A stretch of 64,000 nt of DNA from Eledone cirrhosa (GCA_964016885.1 CAXHJY010000528.1:1-64000), one strand, 5' to 3'. Counted from the first letter of the stretch, positions 1-17,974 are shown. The notes: generated from the sequence alone by a model not told the origin. Program-made: numbers and translations.

Positions 1-429
1 TATTCAAATTCAACCACACACAAAAAAAAAGAAAAAAAAGAAAAATTAAATGAAAAATTTAAAATAAAACTGATTAAATTTCATTTGGGTGGCAAATGCT
101 TAGATTGAGGATAAAAAATATATAAAATCTAATAGAGTATAATGAGAAGAAAATACGTTTGGATTTCAAAAAATATTAAAAGTACGTTCTAAATATGTTA
201 ATTTGGTATCATAGGGACTGAAAAATCGAACTAGCGGAATGTGAATGTTTTTATCATTTTGTTGTTCTCTAAATACACAAACCTAATATTCACAGCATGA
301 ATATTCCATACAGAATTTTGTATAAAATCTAATTAACGGAGTCTTACCGTTGTTGATTGATATGCGAGTAATAAGAACTGAAGAACTAAATTACCACCAT
401 TCTTATCTTTTTTAGGGTCGCTGAAATGA

Positions 430-725
430 TGTGCGGTATTTGTTTCGGCTCTCGGCACTTTAAGTTCAAATCCCGCCTTTTATCCATTCGCGGTCGATAA
501 AAAAAGTATCACTCAAGTACTAGAGTCGATTCTGCCTCTATATCGAAATCTTCTGGAATAAATCGGCTGTGTTTAAAATGCGGCAGACACAACATCACCC
601 TACAACTCTATCAGGAATTACAAGTCACTACAAGTCAATAAATTTCCATTTTCTCACTCTCTATTCTCTGCAAGAAATCTGCTGTATTCAGACCTGGAGA
701 AGAGATTGGCTTCTGAGCGCTAGGT
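430..725 (+). mobile_element. Degenerate tRNA-derived SINE, long-tail variant
   Basis: B-box gttcaaatccc, core 'tatccattcgcggtcgataaaaaaagtatca', then 'gaaatctgctgtattcaga', which is shared with the copy at 54520. Confidence 0.55.
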
Positions 726-794
726 GGAAATCCCATTTAAGTCAAGGTTTTTGGTTCATTATTTCGGGCCGAATAAACGAAGTACTAGTCCTAT

Positions 795-1310
795 AGGGAC
801 GGGTGAATGGGGGTATTATGGAATTCTGTGACTAGTCTGTTTACAGAAGTGGGACGAAAACACTAATAAGGAGAAGATCTTGGCAAAGAAACTCGATGTC
901 TTCGATAGCAGAGCCCTGAGGATCATTCAGAACATGAGATGGTACCACCGTGTTTCAAACGAAGAGTTACGTGCGTGCACGCATCAGTCCGCAGCCTCTC
1001 ACCCATAGCCATTTGCCGCATACGCTGGTACGGACATGTCCTCTATCTTGCAGTAGATCATAATATCAGGACCTTAATCACGTTCGACACATCAGCTCCC
1101 GGCTTGAAGAGGGCCCTGTGGCAGATGGCGGGATTTTGTTAAGGAAGATATCCAGAGGTTCAACGCTACCTTGGAGGAAGCAGAGGGGCTGATATAGATC
1201 GCCAGCGATGGAAGGTACTGGTGAACATGGGTGGCTATACCCACGATGATGCCTCTGGAGCGCGGACCTTTTATGACCTCAGTTCCATCGAACAAGAAGA
1301 AAAAGAAGAC
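795..1310 (+). mobile_element. RTE-clade LINE, decayed 3' end
   Basis: Broken frames read LDVFDSRALRIIQNMRWYHRVSNEELR...RIRWYGHV, typical of RTE C-termini; ends in an (AAG)n-like tail. Confidence 0.7.
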
Positions 1311-1967
1311 GAGGCGTGGTACTTTGTTTCACCGAAAACGAGGAAATGAAATACAAAGCCAACCTCTGTGGAATCTGACTTCAAAACCACAAGAGACGGG
1401 AAAAGTACAGCAAAGAAATGTTGTCCAGTTCTCTATCGATTATCAATTCGACGTCCACGCATCCTCACCACAAAAAAAAAGACTAAAACGAAGAAGCGAT
1501 ATAGGATAAGAAATTCCATTATAGCTGTAGTTAATTATTTTGACATGACTTCACTGCGCAGGCGTAAACGTATAAATAAAGAAAAATTAGATCTGAGTCG
1601 GGTCTGAACATATTTCGTTCTGAAATCAAATAAATAATAATTCGTTATGGTTGTGTAACGTTCAATAGCGGATTATTAACAGAGATAAAATATCAAGAAA
1701 AACCATGAATAACAATTGTAGAACAAGCTATTAATATGGCCGCAATACTATATATATTATTCAGCTGCCATTTTGTGTCAAACACATAATATATCTACAG
1801 ACGAAACTGGCTGGATGTTTTACGTGTATATATATATATATATATTGGTCATTGTATCATATATTTCAAATCGGAGCAGATGGTTAAATGTATAAGCATT
1901 ACGCCAAATCAAGCCATTATTCTGACAGTATGACACATGGGTACATTTTCAGAACTTTGTCAGATAC

Positions 1968-2002
<35 letters not shown>

Positions 2003-2512
2003 CGTATGTATTAGTAGAAAATAAAGATTCTTCAATAGCAAGGAAGTCTGTGTTGTTGCATTACAATTGTTCTTCAAACAATTGAAATAGAGAGGCAACG
2101 TGACAATGTAAGTAGAATTATTCATACATAATCACATTGACATATGATTAGTCAATTGTACATCAAGATTTGATTTGTAGTCGAATAAGAAGTTGGAAAA
2201 ATGCAACAAACATCTATTTATTTTCTCCTACAAAATAAGTGATATTTTCATTTATTCACGTTCGGAAACACGTGAGAATTTCAAGACAGACTGAAAATGG
2301 TCATATTTGATTTGTTCTTTGTTTCGCTGAAGAATGAACTGCAATGTGATGTGTGAGGATTGATCTCCCCTACAAATAGTTTACCTGTCTCGTATTAGGG
2401 TGTGTTTCTTTTCGTTCTTTATCCCCATTGTCTTTGAGAGCCTTATATCCCTGGTCATTTTCTATCTCGACCGATTCCCCGATGACCAATAAAAGAAACT
2501 TATTCTTACTAT

Positions 2513-2905
2513 TAGGGAGATGGTGGATTGGCAGTATAAGTAGAGGGTTGGACACCATACTTTCTAGCATAGTTACGTCCCTTTACGGTCTGAATTCAAA
2601 TCCCGCCCAGGTTAACTTTGCCTTTCATCCTTACGGGGGTCGATAAAATAAAGTACCAGTAATGCACTGGGATAATTGCTGGCCTTGTGCCAAAGGTAGA
2701 AACAATTATTAGGGAGATGGATTAGCAGTATCGGTAGAGGGACGGACGCCATTCTTTGAAGCATAGAGTTAGCTCCCTGTATGATCCGAGTTCAAATCCC
2801 ACCGATATTAACTTTGCCTTTCATCCTTACAGGTTCGATAAAATAAAGTACAGTAATGCACTGGGTAATTGCTGGCCTTGTGCCTAAAGTAGAAATAATT
2901 ATTAT
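2513..2905 (+). mobile_element. Two tandem tRNA-derived SINE copies (Meta/MESC-like core)
   Basis: Each has an A-box-like tggcagtat/tagcagtat, a B-box-like (g/a)ttcaaatccc, core 'aactttgcctttcatccttac..gtcgataaaataaagtac' and an (ATT)n tail. Confidence 0.8.
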
Positions 2906-2924
2906 AACTATCATTATCATCATC

Positions 2925-4185
2925 TGCTACCGCCTCACCGTCGTCCCTTGTTCCGTCCAACTCTCACCAAAATTGAGCGCTTCCTCTTCCGCTTTTTGTG
3001 GAAGGGACCCGCTTCCATGGTCAGACGATCCATCTGCTGTCAACACCCGCTGCGTGGAGGACTGGGTATGCCATGGCTGATGATGCGCTGAGGCTGCGAC
3101 ATCTCCGGTGCTTCCTTGACGGTGAACAGGTGTGGTCGCCTTTCGCCAGGCACGTTTTCCCACAGCACGTTGGAAACTGGAATGTCTCCAGGCGCTCACT
3201 GCCCTCTGCCAGCTGGGCACCAGTATCGGTGGAGCATCGACCTCAGCGTTCTATAGAGAACTTGTGGAGGGGAAGAGCGACGACGTTCTCGGAGAGATCC
3301 TAGGCGTCGAAGAAAATCAGCAGTTTGCTCTCTTCCGGAGAACTTTAAGCCCAGGGCCTATGGATAACTTCCAGAAATCCCTGGCCTGGCAGTGCTACGG
3401 GGGAGCTTTGCCGGTTCGAGATAAGCTCTACAGGCACGGAAGTGCCGTCAGCTGAGCCTGTCTGAGATGCGCTCAGAGCGACGAAACCGTCGTGCACGCA
3501 CTCGTTCAGTGCCCGACCATTGCTGACTTGTGGAGCTATGTCGAACAGTTACTGTCACGTGTGGGACTGATCCGGTTATCGACTGAGTCCATTGTGCAGA
3601 TGGTCTCGCCGTCTTCCTTCGAGGAGGAAGGGCAGGCGGTTTTCACATGCCTGGTGGCCATGGCCAAAGAGATTGTGTGGTGGACAAGGTTGAAAGGGTT
3701 AAAGACAGACACTTTCCTCTTCAGCGAATCCCTGATTAACTTTTTCAAGTTTCACTTGAAGAGGAAAATCAGGGTGGAGAGGCAAGTGCTGTCTTCTAGC
3801 AAGTGTGTTGAAAGGTGGGTGAATGTAGCGAGAATGGTTCGAGTGAACAGGACCGCTCTGAATATACGCTTATAGTTTGAGGAATGGGAAAAAATTGAGA
3901 GAGGGCGCTTGCCCTGGTGGTCAGGGTGGCCGTGGTCTTTTGTGTGGTTTTCGCCACGAGTAACCCTCGGAGGTTTCCCCCCGATTGGGGAATCTTTCAT
4001 TGTTTGAATTTTCATTTTTATTGTTTATATATATATATATATATATGTTTCTATGACTTTTTTCTTTTTCGTTTCTTATATAAATAATAAAAATCTTTAC
4101 GCGCACAAACCCACATCGTACCGTCCTGTGCCGTCTGTAATGTTTTTCTTGATGTCAGCCCTTGCGACCAATAAAGAAATCATTA
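2925..4185 (+). mobile_element. Tx1/L1-clade LINE, 5'-truncated pseudogenic 3' part
   Basis: zf-RVT-like WQCYGGALPVRDKLYRHG..CLRC...ETVVHALVQCP with a stop and frameshifts; 3' UTR ends gaccAATAAAgaaatc then (ATT)n. Confidence 0.8.
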
Positions 4186-4589
4186 TTATTATCATTACTA
4201 CCATTATTATCATTACTATTAAAATTATCATTTTAATACCCTTTTGCTGATTAATTGATACATTAAGCTGGTGTTTAGAACATAACGTAACGTTAAAAAA
4301 GGTTCTTACATGGAATTACCGCTCACAAATTGGCAATGGAGATAATTCATTGGATTCTCCAGAATATATTCCTTGAAAATGACACCTGATTATAAAACCA
4401 TTTAAAGCGTTTTGCATTGTTTAATTGATATGATATTATATGTTGCTTCGATATTTCATTTTAGATTTATTTTGCTTTACACTTAGTTGTTTAATTTTTG
4501 TTTGAATTTTAATTTATTTCGTATATATTTTTTCGTTTTAGTTATATTTATTTTTGGCTGTAATTTATTACAGGTTTATTATTATTATT

Positions 4590-4629
4590 ATGGTTACATA
4601 TATAGACATTCGCGCACACGCACATATAT

Positions 4630-4675
<46 letters not shown>

Positions 4676-4860
4676 GTGTGTGTATATATATATATCCACA
4701 TGTAAAAATATATATAGTTACACGTACATATATATATATTCACACATACAAATATATATATATACACGTATATATACATACATATGTATACACATATGTA
4801 TATTTACATTTATATATACTCACACACACACATATATATATATATATATACACACATTAT
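4590..4860. repeat. Mixed (TA)/(CA) microsatellite
   Basis: Visible directly; shares anchors 'atggttacatatatag' and 'tccacatgtaaaaatatatata' with 5920-6440. Confidence 0.85.
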
Positions 4861-5044
4861 TAATTTATTTATTTAAGAGTTTAGCGTTTTTTTTTATTTT
4901 TAAATATGTTTTGGTATGTTTTATTTTATTTTTGTTTTTAAAATTTAAATTTTGTTATCTGCGAAAAAGACTTCGAGTGTGAAATTGTAGAATATTGTAA
5001 TTTGTTACAGGAGGAAAATGAAGCATTTATCGCCGAAATACAGA

Positions 5045-5750
5045 TAGTATAATAATAATAATAATAACATTAATAACAACAATAATAATGGTAATAATAA
5101 TAATAGTAATAAAAGCGATGATAGCAAAAAGTATGAAGGAAAAGGGGAAGAAATGGAGAAGGAGAAAACGAAAGAGAAGGAAAATGTGGCGAAGGAGAAT
5201 AAAGACGGGGATGAGGAAAAATAGATTGACAAAGAAGGCAAAAAAGTCGAATTAGAAGAGAGTGAGGAAGAAACAAGTATAAGGTAAAGGAGAAGGGGGA
5301 AGAAAGAATAGAAAACGAAGAAAAGCGTAAAGAAAAATGTAAAGTGAAAAAGTTTTTTAAAAAAAAGAAAAAAAGATAAAATAGAAAACGAAAAAAAAAG
5401 AAAAAGAAAAAACAAAAGAAAGAAAGAGAAAATAATAATAAAGAAGAAAAGAAAAGAAAAGAAAAGAAAAGAAAAGAAAAGAAAAAAGTAAAAAGAAAAA
5501 AGAAAAAGAAAAATAGAAAAGAAAATAAAAAAAAAAAATAAGAAAAAAAAAGAAAAAAAAAGAAAAAAGAAAGAAAAAAAGGAAAAGAAAAGAAGAAAAA
5601 GAAAAATAGAAGAAAGAAAAGAACAAAAATACGGAGAATAGAAAGAAAAAGAAAAAGTAGATGACAAATAATTGAAAAGAACGAACAATTTTTTAAGCAT
5701 GAAAATAAAATCTACAAAAAAAAAATTATAAAAAAATTATAATTATAAAA
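5045..5750. repeat. (AAT)n plus A/G-rich low-complexity tract
   Basis: Polypurine tract of gaaaa-like units. Confidence 0.9.
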
Positions 5751-5919
5751 ACCATCCAAATATTAATCAAATATACATAGGAAACTTAATTGCCAAAATT
5801 TTCATAATGATTTAATCAATATGTAATAAAACTAATGATGCTGGCAATACTACTACTACTAATAATAATAATATTGGTAATAATAATATTTATAATGGTT
5901 GAAATAATTATTGTAATGA

Positions 5920-5936
5920 TAAACACACGCACACAC

Positions 5937-5972
<36 letters not shown>

Positions 5973-6102
5973 ACATGGTTACATATATAGCCATATACGC
6001 ACACACGTGTGTGTATATATATATATATTGATCCACATGTAAAAATATATATAATCACACATAAACACATATACACACATATATATATATATATACAGAC
6101 AG

Positions 6103-6161
<59 letters not shown>

Positions 6162-6390
6162 CACACACATATACACACATACACACACATATATACATAT
6201 ACAGACACACACACATTCACACACATATATATATATATACAGACACACACACATTCACGCACACACACATATATACATACACAGACACACATATATATAT
6301 ATACAGACACACACAAACATATATATACACACACACACACATATATGTATAGACATACACACACACATATACACACACACATACATACAT

Positions 6391-6440
<50 letters not shown>
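5920..6440. repeat. Mixed (TA)/(CA) microsatellite
   Basis: Visible directly. Confidence 0.9.
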
Positions 6441-6442
<2 letters not shown>

Positions 6443-6699
6443 GCATGCGTGCGTAACAAAACAGATGATAGGGGAAAAAGGAATATGACAGGAAAAAGAT
6501 GGAGGTGGAGAGATGGAAGTAGGATGATTAATTACTTTACCAATGAAAATGATGATGATACTCGTGCTTATGGCGAAGATGCAGAATATAATAATGTTGC
6601 TGCTGAATAATTATAATGATTATTACACCTTTATATACACATTTTTTATATACACTTTTATATATATAGCTTTATATATAATTTTATATATTTTTATAC

Positions 6700-6820
6700 A
6701 TTTTCATTGTTAATTATTTTTGTTAAATTTTTACTCAATATTATTCTACCCCCCCCCCCACACTGTCCCTGTCTTTGTATTGTCCCCTATATGTCGTCCC
6801 TTGTGGCCAATAAATGAAAC
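6700..6820 (+). mobile_element. 3' terminal fragment of a Tx1-like LINE
   Basis: 'tgtcgtcccttgtggccaataaatgaaac' resembles the terminus at 4153-4180 'tgtcagcccttgcgaccaataaagaaatc'. Confidence 0.55.
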
Positions 6821-6831
6821 CATAAGAATGG

Positions 6832-7020
6832 GTTCTACTCTAGGCACAAGGCCAGCAATTTTGGGGGAGGGAAAAAGTAAATTAAGTCGACTCCAGTACA
6901 TTACTGGTACTTTATTTTATCGACCCCGTAAGGATTTGAACTCAGATCATAAAGGGCCGTAACTCTATGCTGCAAAGCATGGCGTCTGACGCTCTACCGA
7001 TACTGCCAATCCAACGCCCT
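6832..7020 (-). mobile_element. tRNA-derived SINE (Meta/MESC-like core)
   Basis: Reverse complement of the 2513 family. Confidence 0.8.
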
Positions 7021-7054
7021 AAAGGAATCCATAATATTAATAATAATTATTATA

Positions 7055-7435
7055 AGGGCGGTGGTTTGGCTGGATCGGTAGAGCATCAGACAACATGCTT
7101 TGCAGCATAGAGTTATGGCCCTTTACGTTCTGGTTTCAACTCACGCGGAAGTTAGCTTTGCCTTTCATCCTAACTGGGGTCGATAAATAAAGTACCAGTA
7201 ATGAACTGGGGTAATTGCTAGCCTTGTTTCAAAAGTAGAAACATTGGCAGTGTCGGTAAAGGAACGGGCGCCATGCTTTACGTCATAGTTACATCCCTTT
7301 ACGATCTGAGTTCAAATCCCGCCAAGGTTAACCTTGCCCTTGATCCTTAAGGGGTCGATAAATTAAAGTACCAGTAATGTACTGGGTAATTACTGGCCTT
7401 GTGTCAAAAGTAGAAATATCATTATTATTATTATA
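7055..7435 (+). mobile_element. Two tandem tRNA-derived SINE copies
   Basis: Same A/B boxes, core and (ATT)n tail as the 2513 family. Confidence 0.8.
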
Positions 7436-7669
7436 AGAATGGTTAACGTGATGGAGGGTTTATAACATGTTACTACTACTACTGCTGCTACTACTACTAC
7501 TGCTACTACTACTACTACTGTTAGTACCACGGCTACTGCTACTACTGCTAGCAATAAAGATTGAAAATGATATTGAATTATTAAGACATTAAGTAGATTG
7601 CAGTTTGTAAATTTATTCGTAATAAAAAACTTTATTGATATCATTAACGAGGTATTGTGATTATAGAAC

Positions 7670-11483
<3,814 letters not shown>

Positions 11484-12368
11484 AAAGTGTGTTCACATGT
11501 CCACTGAGGCACATGCAAATAACGAAGTCAGAGGAATTCTTTGATGCCACAACACTACATGAAGAAATGGCAACCATCAACCACATAGACATAACGGAGG
11601 AGGATGTGGTGTACGCCATTGATGAAATTAGAACAGACTCGGCTGCTGGACCTGATGGATTCCCAGCAGTTCTCTTAAAAATATGTAAGCGGGCCTTAGC
11701 AACTCCACTGAAGATGCTCTTCAGATGCTCCTTGGCTAGCGGTGTACTACCCAGGGAGCTGAAAGAAGGCACAATATGCCCTATCCATAAAGGAGGTAGC
11801 AGAGCGGAGGCCAAAAACTATAGGCCAGTCTCCCTGACGTCGCATATCAGTAAGGTCATGGAGCGAGTCGTCAGAAAGAAACTGAAAACTTTCCTTGAGG
11901 AAAATGACCGCCTGACTAGCACGCAACATGGCTTCCGCCCAGAAAGAAGCTGCCTTACACAGCTGCTACATAACTACGACTGGGTACTGAGACAACTACT
12001 AGACAGCTCACATGTGGACGTGATATATCTTGACTTTGCGAAGGCCTTTGACAAGGTCGACCACGGAATGATATGTCACATACTACACGGACTCAGAATA
12101 ACTGGAAAAGTAGGTGAGTGGCTGCATGGCTTCCTAAGGGACAGAAGCCAGGCAGTCGCAGCAAATGGGGCCCGCTCAAAGGAAACACAAATAACAAGTG
12201 GGGTGCCCCAGAGGACAATCTTGGGACCACTACTTTTTTGGTGGCTCTCTCAGACATGCCCTCTGTAGTACATACAACAACATCCCTCACTAGCTATGCT
12301 GATGACACTAAGGTAGCACAGGCAATCAAAAACCCGGCTGACGCTGCCCTTTTACAGGATCTGGATAT
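11484..12368 (+). pseudogene. Non-LTR reverse transcriptase fragment (CR1/Jockey group)
   Basis: [64 protein letters not shown], frameshift near 12240, then YADDTK..QDLD. Confidence 0.9.
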
Positions 12369-12655
12369 ACTAATTCTTTATAATTATCTCCAAATTATTT
12401 GTTGAGCAAAAATTTGCCAGTTCTACTGCTATGGTTCATGGTAGTAGTCAGGCTCCTGTCTTATTAGCACCCCACTCCTCACTGATTAACCTCAGTGTCA
12501 CGTGATTGATTCTTTTGAATTTGCCACCGACCATGTAGGCAGTGATTTTTTCAATGTCCTGGATTTAGTCCCCGCTCGCTTTTTTCCATCCACTGAATTA
12601 TTTTTGTATAAGTTCCCTGTGTCCACGCATTGCCTGGGAACTTAGCTGAGAATAG

Positions 12656-12737
12656 ACTCCCTGATGACGTAAGGATTTTCTCTATGTTCCATTCCGAAAC
12701 CATGTTTATTCCCTTACAGAAACTAATTAGTTGGAGT
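12656..12737 (+). ncRNA. Hammerhead ribozyme (type I) in a Penelope pLTR-like remnant
   Basis: actcc-CTGATGA-c-gtaagg..ccttac-a-GAAA-ctaattag-TT-ggagt: stem I actcc/ggagt, stem II gtaagg/ccttac, palindromic stem III. Confidence 0.7.
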
Positions 12738-12804
12738 AAAATTTTAGTAAGTAAGTTGATTTTCATTATTTTCTTATTTTACGTCTTTCATATATATATA
12801 TAAG

Positions 12805-12914
12805 ATACGTTATTCCGGGTCGAATCGGAGGTAACCACAGTAAGTAAGGTACTCAATACATAGCAGAGTATAAAATGATTTCTCACGAATGAAACAATTG
12901 TAGTCCTGTAGAAG

Positions 12915-12920
<6 letters not shown>
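12805..12920. mobile_element. PLE-like mini remnant: reversed tail plus partial hammerhead arm (family of 36040/46793)
   Basis: Reverse complement of the tail 'tatgtattgagtaccttacttactgtggttacctccgattc' joined to 'gaatgaaacaattgtagtcctgtagaagctc'; flanked by (TA)n. Confidence 0.65.
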
Positions 12921-12968
<48 letters not shown>

Positions 12969-13098
12969 TATGTATATAAATGAAAGGTATAGAAAATATT
13001 GTCGCAAAAAGAAAACAGTTTTCCATAATATATAAGTGACTATTACGTCAAAATGGAAAAATAGTTAACATAAGATACGGGAAACATAATTCAAACTC

Positions 13099-13133
<35 letters not shown>

Positions 13134-13610
13134 TACACACAAAACAATGGAATTAAATGATATTGTCAATATGCTAATAAATTCCAAATATTTGTTAAGA
13201 AAAATCAATTCTATGCAATATATGATGTTTATGTAAGGAGAGTAAATAAATTTAGCAAAACATTTACTTTTCAGATCAGAATCCTGTTAATTTTATACAT
13301 AATTATAACATATTCCATATATAATTCTACCAGATATCTATTGAGTACTTTCGTATTTTTTAACGAAGAAATACATTCAAACCAAACGGGTGAAGGTTTC
13401 AAAAATATTTCTTGTCAGTTTCCTTGCCGCTTTAGTTTGGATTACCTCGAGGACTTAATCGTATTACATAATTTCGTGTCTGATGAGATCACGGCACTGA
13501 TTGCGTGAAATCACGTGGCTACTGTCGTCATTGAAATATGTATCAGAGCCTTATCAATCAAGGACTTTTTAGCATCTACAACAACTTCGAATTCTCTCTC
13601 TCTCTCTCTC

Positions 13611-14212
<602 letters not shown>

Positions 14213-14221
14213 CATATATAG

Positions 14222-14282
14222 GAAAATAGTCAGGACCCCGACGGCTGAGGTCCGGCCGTTTCGCCAGCTAGATCTGAACTGA
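14222..14282 (-). mobile_element. Hammerhead 3'-half fragment (family of 34990/53627)
   Basis: Minus strand GAAA-cggc..gccg-TC-ggggtc. Confidence 0.5.
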
Positions 14283-14454
14283 GAGAGAGAAAAGAGAGAG
14301 AGAGAGAGAGAGAAGAGCGAAGAGATGTTAGAGAAAAGAGAGGGGAGAGAGAGGAGAGGAACATTATTAAGATACCAACCAAATAGGGAAAGCAGATTAT
14401 ACACCATTACGTTAAATAGTGGGAGAAACGATTTCGTATGGGTAAAGAATTATA

Positions 14455-14810
14455 TATAGGCTTGGGCCCCGTGCTATCCGCCCACGACAAAAATCACTCC
14501 CATCTCATAATAACGACACAGTTATTTCACCTGAATTGGCCCCGGTCGCTTTAATATTACACCAAAATATTAAAAGGGAAACAGATCCCATAAAAGTTAG
14601 AGAGTTCTTTGGACAGATTCCTTCAAGAAATCCCAGATAAACCTCCTATTCCCGGATATGCCTTCGTAAACAATAAGTTTCTACTTGAGTGGGCCATGGT
14701 GCCCAAAATCTTGATTTGAAAGACCTCGCCACGTAGTGATATTAAGTTAGACAAGGCCTGGGCCAATACTGGCCGAAACCTATCAAAGGTTATCAAAGTT
14801 AAAGTTATAT
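14455..14810 (+). mobile_element. 3' end of a CR1-like LINE
   Basis: Frames read RLGPRAIRP...SLDRFLQEIPDKPPIPGY..LLEWA; terminal stem-loop ggcctgggccaatactggcc then a short (tatcaaag) repeat tail. Confidence 0.7.
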
Positions 14811-14890
14811 ATTCTTCTAAAGAGTCTCAAGCCAGGAGGCCCATAAAACCAGTGCTTGTTCCGGGAGCGAATAGAGGAAGGAACGGTAAC

Positions 14891-15047
14891 CACTTTTGAT
14901 TGAGAAAAAACACGTGTGGATTCAGTCACTACTAATATAAGGTTTGTTTAGAAACGATCAACCTCAGGAATGGTAAACACTTTTGAGAAAAAACACGTGT
15001 GGATTCAGTCACTAGTAATATAAGGTTTGTTTAGAAACGATCAACCT
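14891..15047. repeat. About 70-bp direct duplication
   Basis: 'gagaaaaaacacgtgtggattcagtcacta.taatataaggtttgtttagaaacgatcaacct' occurs twice. Confidence 0.85.
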
Positions 15048-15914
15048 ATAATACCCAGCCATATGAACAGTCATCAACAAGTAAGATTTATTGAATAACT
15101 AATTAAGTCTTTTAGCGAATTTAAAATGTTATCCATTGTTACAGCGCGTATGTGATTAAGTGTGTGTTCATATATCAAATTTAACTAACATATTTGCAAT
15201 CTTGCAAATATAAACGCTATATAAATCATCACGACAAATATCACCTCACATATACATATTTTACATACACAACCATCACGTAAACAAATAGTCATTAATT
15301 TTGGTAGTGGTATTTTGTATTTCCCTTGAAATAAATTATTTTTCAATAATGAAACATCATACTAAAACAAGGCATTTAAATAAAGTGGTTCTAAAGTGGT
15401 TCTGAAAAACAAAGCAAAAAAAAAAAAGCTCAAAAAAAAGCAACAGAAAATCTACGAATTATAAATGCGTCATTAGAAACAATAAAAGATGAATATTTAT
15501 TCTTTAAAGACTGTTTAGCTTAAATGTAGCTTCCATCATCAGCAGGTTGCTTTAAATGTAATGCATATATAATAAAAATAAACAAACACGGGTGTAAACC
15601 TTTTAATAGCATCAAAGTAAAACAAAGTATTTTACTGCTGATCGACTCATCACCTTTATGGCAGTAAATATAGTAATGAAAGCATACAAGTGGATAAAGA
15701 CAAAGTTTTTTTTTATCCAATATAACAGGAATAATATTAAATGTTAGTTTGATAAATAACTAGGTAAAAAGTACATATATATTGATGTTAGTTTATTAAA
15801 TATCACAATATATACATTAGTCCTCTGGGGCAAGGTCTCCTCCAGCTTGTCGGGCGGGACCACGAAACGGACTATCCCTTACGTCTCATTTATACCGGAT
15901 ATGTGAAATAGATT

Positions 15915-16507
15915 TACCGTATATACTAATATAAGCTGATCCGAATATAAGTCGACTAATTTATTATGTCTGAGAAATAAGCAGAAATTCAAACTCCATT
16001 TATAAACCGAAGAACCTAATCAACTTGTTTAGGTGGCTTATATAAATAAAGCCCCCCATTTTACCATCGAGTTGCTTTATGAGATTCGCCATCTTATATA
16101 AAGATTTACCGTATATACAGGAATATAGGTCATCCGAATATAAATCGGCTACTATTTATGTCTGAGAAATTCGCAGAAATTCAAGCCCCAATTATAAACC
16201 GAAGCACCTAATCAACACGTTTAAATGGCCTATATAACTAGAGCCCTCCATTTTACCATCGATTTTTTCTGGGACATACGTCACCTTATATTCGAGTATA
16301 TACGGTAAATCTATATATAAGGTAATCCAAATATAATTCGACTACTATATCATGTCTGAGAAACGGGCAGAAATCCAAACCCCGTTTATAAGCCGAAACA
16401 CCTGATCAATAATTATTTAGATGGCGTATATAAGACGAGCCGCCACTCCAATTTTTCCATTGATTATTTGGTCACATTCGTCGATTTATATTCTCGTATA
16501 TACGGTA
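15915..16507. mobile_element. Tandem trimer of an about 195-bp Tc1/mariner (Tc2/pogo-like) MITE
   Basis: TIRs taccgtatatac..aatata / tatattc..gtatatacggta with TA ends; three diverged internal units; the middle unit has both TIRs. Confidence 0.75.
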
Positions 16508-16574
16508 CTTCCATAAGCATGATTAGGTAAACATTCTGAAACTTTAATCTTTAAATACTACTAGATATGTATAT

Positions 16575-16960
16575 ATTGCAAGGTCTTTGAACAAGACACT
16601 TTTGTTCATATTAATCCAGTCGAATCACCTCGGAAAAATTAGTTGTACTAGCTTTGACATACTGTATATTCAAAGGGCCAGCCTTTTACGTTCAGTGTCA
16701 CGTTGAATCTCCCTGAGGACTGCGTTAAGGGTACATGTGTCTGTGGTATGCTCAGCCACTTGCACTATACTACAAGATGGAGTGTATCTATAATTTTAAG
16801 GGATAGCATTGTCACATTCTGTCAAGCTAAATCTCCTAGAGGACTAAGTTAAGGTTATGGATGTCTGTGGAATGCTCAGCCACTTGCACGTTAATTTCTC
16901 AAGCAGGCTGTTCCGTTGATCGGGTCAATGTGAACATTCGTCGTCATAACCGTCATACCA
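16575..16960 (+). mobile_element. CORE-type SINE with internal duplication
   Basis: CORE-like 'tgaacaagacactt..'; 'tgtctgtgg.atgctcagccacttgcac' twice; matches the reverse complement of 33870-34155. Confidence 0.65.
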
Positions 16961-17184
16961 GTTATATTAGTTTAACAAAAAAAATTTTAAAGTTTGTAAA
17001 CCTACCCCATGTAGTTTCAGTCAAAATCATGAAGGAAATAGTTTCACTGATCCAGTATACCTGAGTTTGAAGAAAAAATATTTAAAATTATTATTTAAGG
17101 TTAGTCAGTCATGAAAATTGAAATACTGTACGAAAACAGATGTAAAACACATTTACTATGATTGCCGGTAAATAAAATATTGTT

Positions 17185-17345
17185 AAACTTTCGGAGGGTC
17201 ATGCTGCCCATAAAATACACATCCAACTTCAATTTATTACAAATTTCGGGTTGGTTGGTTCAATAACCGGATGGTTGTTTATTTATTGTCAAAAGTGTCA
17301 CACATTTTGTGACCTCTTCAGTGACTGGTTTGTTAATTTGTGTCT
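17185..17345 (-). mobile_element. Diverged solo pLTR fragment related to the 55665-59433 element, with partial hammerhead
   Basis: 'ggagggtcatg.tgcc.ataa', 'ggttggttggtt', 'gtcacac....tgtgacctcttcagtgactgg' are colinear with 55735-55927. Confidence 0.75.
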
Positions 17346-17439
17346 CATTTGTTCTCTCCTACACAGTCATGTTTTTGTGTGTTCAATAGAAAATTTTAGT
17401 TCACATCAAAGTCTCACCAAGAATATAAATATTTCTTAA

Positions 17440-17842
17440 GACGTGTGTTGTGTTCTTGTGCAAAACACTTCACTTCACATTGCTCCTATGATAATGAGAA
17501 CCGGTAATAACTGGCGGGGTTAAACCTAAGATAGACTAGTGCCCTGTCCTGTGGAGAGTCTAGTGTGGAATAGTTGTAAGTGTGTTGGATTTACGATAAT
17601 CATGTCTTGGGTTTAATTCCTGGACTGTGCGTTGGGTTCTTGAGCAAAACACTTCATTTCACCTTACTCCAGTATACTCAGCTGCAAATGAGTAGCTGCA
17701 GTAAATGAAGGGATTTAACCCTGCGATGGACTAGTGTCATGTCCTGGGGAAGTGCTGTCCTCTCAGTTATTTCACGCCACAGATAATGGAATAACCACCA
17801 GCTTTCTTAGCCATAGGGCTTGAGACAGACATTAGACATTTT
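17440..17842 (+). mobile_element. CORE-SINE copies (one partial, one near complete) with L2-like tail
   Basis: 'gttcttgagcaaaacacttcatttcacctt.ctccagt..actcagctg' plus 'aaccctgcgatggactag'. Confidence 0.65.
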
Positions 17843-17917
17843 ACAATATATATATTTTTACTAATATATACTGAAGCCCGCTGATATATGACTACGTACG
17901 CTCATATCTATGTATTT

Positions 17918-17974
<57 letters not shown>

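Noticed and set aside
1300-1620. Possible promoter (NRF1-like tgcgcaggcg near 1555)
   Set aside because: Single imperfect motif with no linked gene
5005-5700. Phe/Leu-rich membrane-like ORF
   Set aside because: Translation of a polypurine low-complexity tract
2513-7435. tRNA genes
   Set aside because: A/B boxes belong to SINE heads; no cloverleaf
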